Shown: positions 37,095 to 41,541 of the stretch, one piece after another
Numbering within the stretch: the stretch's first letter is position 1
How the letters are laid out: each line of letters begins with the position of its first letter
NCBI RefSeq assembly: GCF_001194135.2
Contig: NC_068984.1
Coordinates: 29,134,722-29,176,262 of the forward strand
Source of the DNA: Octopus bimaculoides
Lineage: Eukaryota
Direction of reading: 5' to 3'
DNA length: 41,541 bases
Made by a program: the position numbers and the translations under genes
Notes under the pieces: generated by a model
Told to the model about the DNA's origin: nothing
What the model saw: the letters and a program-made list of their open reading frames with translations, nothing else
The model's database searches: none

Positions 37095-37315
37095 GGTACT
37101 ACTAAAGCAGAGTGGTCCCGAACGCGCAGTCGCGCGTCTGCGCTAGCTTGTCGTGAGTGGTCGATCCTACAAAAAATGCGCGCGCGCGTGAGTGCGCATG
37201 TGCAAATGAATACATGTGTTTAGGGTTAGGGTTAGAGATAGGGTTAGGTTTAGGGTTAAGATCGACCACTCACGACTAGCCTGCGCGTTCGGGACCACTC
37301 TGCTTTAGTAGTACC
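37095..37315. mobile_element. Non-autonomous TIR element (221 bp, 9-bp TSD, GG termini; Merlin- or MULE-like) carrying TTAGGG-like repeats
   Basis: Perfect 35-bp TIRs GGTACTACTAAAGCAGAGTGGTCCCGAACGCGCAG (37095-37129 and 37281-37315), plus an inner 17-bp inverted repeat (37150-37166 and 37260-37276). TSD CACATTTTG at 37086-37094 and 37316-37324. TTAGGG-like tract at 37220-37259. Confidence 0.9.
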
Positions 37316-38841
37316 CACATTTTGTTTTCACGAATCGCTTGTTTCTGTATTTTTGTGTCTGTATATGTTTATGTGCGTGCGTGCATGCATGTATGTATGT
37401 ATGTAGCGGTCTGTGTGTAAGCTGAAAAAGGAAGTGAAGAAATAAAAATGTTTTACAGAGACCAAAACCGATGGATTTGCCCATTATCTTTAAAAACAAG
37501 AAAGAATACATTGAGTAGAGAGTAGTCCCAGTGACACTGTATCGAAAAAGAAAGATGGGATGGTCATGGATAGTCTTTGATAGGTATCAAATGTTCTATC
37601 AAGGATGAACTTTGGCTAAACAAAAGCAAATAGGATATCCACGGAAAATTGATTGAAAGGAATTTAATAAGAAGCGAACTGATTTATTCATCTTTACAAT
37701 GATACAAATAGCGTATCCAGGAAATCAAAGACATACACGCAACAAGTTGTTTTTTCCTAATTTGGTGATATAATTGATTCAATATACGACTCGAACAACT
37801 TTATCTTCTGAACCACCAGTACCGTCGAATAAACAGATGTACATATATAATAAATTCGTGTTGTTTTGGGATAGGTAATTATCTCGTCTCGTTCCAGCCC
37901 GAAATTAAGCAATAACAGAAATTGTTTTTGAAAAGAACGTTTTCGCTAGTGTAATAATATGTTGGTTAACGGCTGACAAATAGTGACCTTTTTCGAAAGA
38001 GATGTGACATGAAAGTTTAAAACCAATGGACATATAATGGCATCATAGTTACTGTTCAGTGTTATTTATCGTTTACTTGTTTTCTAGTTTTTTTTTTTTT
38101 TCTGTATCATGATCATAGCCGAAACCCCATTTATTGCTAAGATGTGATGCGAACAGGAAATAAACAGCTTATTCAGAAATGTCTTAAAATAGGTTACCTA
38201 TAGCTTAAGAATTTTATATAAATATCAGGATTTGTTTTTCTCTAGAGTTATCTTCTTTAGGAAAAATAAAAGAAAAAAAATATTTTAATGCAGCATTGTA
38301 CTTTTTCTGTTTCTCTTGTCGTAGTAATAAAAGAAAAAGAGAGCCAGCGGTGTTTTATTTTAATTTCTTTTCTGCACGATTGTAAACGACGATTACAACA
38401 ATAATAGATGCGTTAAAAGTTGACGATAGAAAATGAATTTAAGACACTAGTCAGTGAATTTGCGTGACAGAAACTTTGAATGAGATTCATTTAGTTGATA
38501 TGAAGTAAAAGGTAGATTTATTTAATGTGAATAAGTGAAAAGATTAAAACAAAACAATTTCACATGAAATATCATCATAAATAAAATTGTGAAAAGGTAT
38601 GCATGTTCAATCCTGCTCTACAACTGAAACAATACATTTTGCCATGAAAATAATCTAAGAATTCGACTATTAGAAAGAGCAGCCTAATTCACAAGCCAAA
38701 AAATGGCTACATGAGAAAATGCAGGATTACGGACAGGCCACATACGCACGCGTGCACACATAATTATTTATTACAACATAGGAGAGAGATTACACTCCAT
38801 GAGCGATGCACCGAAAGCATGCAAAGGTGGGGATTACTTTT

Positions 38842-39031
38842 GGTAAATTTTCAGATTAACACCCGCACGATTACCTAACCGTAACCCTAAAACCCTAACC
38901 CTGACCCTAAAATCGTAACACTAACCCTAATCCTAACCCTTACCCTCACCCTAACACCCTAACCCTGACCCTAAAACCCTAACCCTAACACCCTAGTGAA
39001 AATCGTGTGGGTGTTAATCTGAAAATTTACC
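38842..39031. mobile_element. Non-autonomous TIR element (190 bp, 8-bp TSD, GG termini; Merlin-like) filled with (CCCTAA)n-like repeats
   Basis: 31-bp TIRs GGTAAATTTTCAGATTAACACCC(G/A)CACGATT, 30 of 31 matching (38842-38872 and 39001-39031). TSD TTACTTTT at 38834-38841 and 39032-39039. About 120 bp of degenerate CCCTAA inside. Confidence 0.92.
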
Positions 39032-39115
39032 TTACTTTTTAGCTGACATTAAGTCCTTCAAATTATAGTAGTTGGTACAGTAACACTTCTTGTTTTTCTT
39101 CATTGCTAGCAAATA

Positions 39116-39563
39116 ATGTGTTCTAAAGCAGAAGCAAAGTGCCATCGTTCAGTTCTTGACGACGGTAACGTGCTGGTTATCTGACATACACAATACGTTC
39201 ATAAATGCATGTAGTTTAAAAGAAAGGGGAGGAAAACACAGAAGACCACGCAGTGGTAAACCATTAACTACTACCGAGTGGATGCAGTGACTTGCGAGGA
39301 CACACACGTGAGAATCTGTGAGCTCGCAGCACAAAATTGGACTATAGTAACAATGCATTGCTGAAGAAGGTGGAAAATTTGGGGTATAGGAATGTGTATA
39401 CAAGGTGGGGAGCTCAGAAGGTGATGTAACGCAGCGATTTGAAAGAGAAACAGATCGGATTCTGTTCTGATCTGTTGGAAGAATTTGAAGCCAACCTGGT
39501 GACAGGAGATGAAACGGCATCGTGTTTTTACGAACTCGAAACAAAAGCTCGGTCCTTGGAATG
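39116..39563 (+). mobile_element. Decayed mariner transposase, N-terminal half
   Basis: Frameshifted segments KQKQSAIVQFLT, PRSGKPLTTT, RICELAAQ and KEKQIGFCSDLLEEFEANLVTGDETASCFYELETKARSLE match the mariner HTH linker, the VTGDETW (first catalytic D) motif and the YEPETK.QS.EW motif. Confidence 0.8.
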
Positions 39564-40003
39564 TACCTCCTGCTACGAAGTTGGCTCATCTAGGACCCTT
39601 GACAGTAAGAGGTCCAGCTTTATTTTGAATACACATACATCCACCACATGCAGGTCCTTCGGGAGGATATTGAAAAGCTGTGATCCACTGAAGCCCAAGC
39701 TATTGCAGTATCTTGTCCTATATCTTGATGGCAAATTTGGAGTCCTTGGCACTATGCAGTGGCGCCCAGTTCTAATATTCGTGTAACTCTTGATGCCAAA
39801 GTTTGGGACAACTCCCTCCAGGATCTTCCAGATATATATTATGGCATATTTTTCTTGCCTACACTCTAAGGAATAGAGTCTTAATCTCTTGAGTCTTTCC
39901 CAGTAGCTTCTTCGTGTAGCTACGTTGGATTGCCTCAAGTTCTAAGATTAATTTGACATTGGTTGGTAACCATAGCTTAACTGAGAGCAATAGTCACGGT
40001 TTC
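39562..40003 (-). mobile_element. CR1/L2-group LINE ORF2 C-terminal fragment
   Basis: DYCSQL...ELEAIQRSYTKK / SYWERLKRLRLYSLECRQEKYAIIYIWKILEGVVPNFG...YCNSLGFSGSQLFNILPKDL...FKIKLDLLLSRVLDEP. Confidence 0.9.
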
Positions 40004-40019
40004 CTAATGTGTGTATATG

Positions 40020-40216
40020 TTTGTGTGTCTGTGTTTGTCCCCCGACCATCGCTTGACAACCGATGCTGGTGTGTTTACGTCCCCGTAACTTAGCGGTTCG
40101 GCAAAAGAGAACGATAGAATAAGTACTAGGCTTACAAAGAATCACTCCTGGGGTCGATTTTCTCGACTAAAGGCGGTGCTCCAGTATGGCCGCAGTCAAA
40201 TGATAAACAAGTAAAA
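40020..40216 (+). mobile_element. SINE family A, 3' half, CpG-intact
   Basis: CCCCGACCATCGCTTGACAACCGATGCTGGTGTGTTTACGTCCCCGTAACTTAGCGGTTCGGCAAAAGAG...GGCCGCAGTCAAATGA. Confidence 0.88.
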
Positions 40217-40224
40217 AAAAATTA

Positions 40225-40520
40225 TAGATGCATATATATATATATATATATATTATAAATGCATATATATATATTTATCATAGATGCATATATATATATA
40301 TATATCGTAGATGCATATATATATTACAGATGCATGTATATATAATATATATGCATACATATATATTATAAATGCATATATATATATTACAGATGCATAT
40401 ATATATATAATATATATGCATACATATATATATTATAAATGCATATATATATATTAGATGCATATATATATATATATATTACAGANNNNNNNNNNNNNNN
40501 NNNNNNNNNNNNNNNNNNNN

Positions 40521-40567
<47 letters not shown>

Positions 40568-40625
40568 CAGATGAATATATAAATATATATATTATAGATA
40601 CATATATGTGTGTGTGTGTGTGTAT
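40225..40625. repeat. Compound ATGCAT/(TA)n microsatellite with block duplications and a gap (40486-40520)
   Basis: Repeated TAGATGCATATATAT and TTATAAATGCATAT blocks. Confidence 0.9.
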
Positions 40626-40830
40626 TCTCTGTACGTGCGCATACACACACATATATTTGATTCTGTTCTCGATTTTCTCGTGACATGTATGTTTGAATTT
40701 GCTAAAGTGCAGCCATTTCCACGCGTTCTTCGCAACACGAACATAATCGTGTGCAATAAATAACTAAACAAACAACTAATATTAGCAAAACAAAACAAAA
40801 CAAAAAAAAAAACAAATCGAGCAAACTTAC

Positions 40831-41150
40831 GAAAGCGATTGATTTTAAAAGTCAATCAAAAAAAGTTTCACAGATGTATAAAATGAAGAAAGAATTTCTA
40901 TGTTAATCCGTGTAAAGTAAAAGTGGCTGAAGAAGTCGTCTGCAACGGCAAGTTCAGGCGGGAGATTAACTTTACGACAAAACTGTGTTAGAAGAGAAGA
41001 AAGAAGCTGCAACACATCAGGCTTTGAAATCGTATTGGAATGTTAGGAAACTGTATTATGTATGGCAACCAGTTTAACTTGTCATATCGCCTCCAAAATG
41101 ATACACGAAGACCGGTCGAAATTTTGATCGAAACCAAATAATCCGTTTTA
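40831..41150 (-). other. Candidate non-coding first exon or promoter of a minus-strand transcript
   Basis: CpG-rich unique sequence ending in TTTC|GTAAGTTT (donor 40830-40825). No long ORF; the 5' limit is a guess. Confidence 0.3.
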
Positions 41151-41541
41151 AGTAGAATAATACTAGTAAAATGCATATTATATATATATATATATATGTA
41201 ATATTAATAAAAATCTTTTCCACGTAACATTCTTCTCGTACATAACTGAAACAAAAATATCAATCTGTTGAGAAATTAATGAACTTACTGAATATAGTAG
41301 GTCAGACTTCAAAGAAACCAAGTGATGGTCTTGCATGTTTCTGCTCGAGTCTACTTAAGCCAGCAGACTTATGATAAAAGGAGTTCAAAGCATTAATCAC
41401 ATTGTCTGTCTTTCCCTGGTATTTAGTATCCCAAATTACATTATCTAATGTGGTCTTTTAAGGACTAAAGGATGGTAGTAGATCGACCTGAGGGCTATTT
41501 CTAGCACGATGGGGGACAGCGGATAGGTTGATTATATATAT

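Noticed and set aside
38873-38995. True telomere or chromosome-fusion scar
   Set aside because: The tract is short, degenerate and bounded by TIRs and an exact TSD.

Overview
AT-rich animal genomic DNA from a short-read-style assembly, with five N gaps that all abut simple repeats. The SINE and LINE families resemble those of octopus, so the taxon is inferred and not proven. No protein-coding gene can be identified with confidence; most of the supplied ORF track is microsatellite or low-complexity noise. The supportable content is mainly mobile DNA: RTE and CR1-like LINE fragments, at least three SINE or SINE-like families, a TTAA piggyBac-type MITE, a 699-bp Tc1/mariner deletion derivative with an unusual DD46D-type catalytic spacing, and a decayed mariner transposase. 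There is also a CpG-decayed 5S rRNA pseudogene placed directly ahead of a tRNA-SINE. The most striking items are two small GG-terminated TIR elements about 1.5 kb apart, with 9-bp and 8-bp TSDs (Merlin-like), unrelated TIRs, and telomere-like TTAGGG arrays inside both. CpG content steps up sharply at about 34 kb, which suggests a methylated gene body on the left and an unmethylated regulatory domain on the right. Scattered strong splice signals hint at a host gene or lncRNA, but it cannot be resolved from sequence alone.
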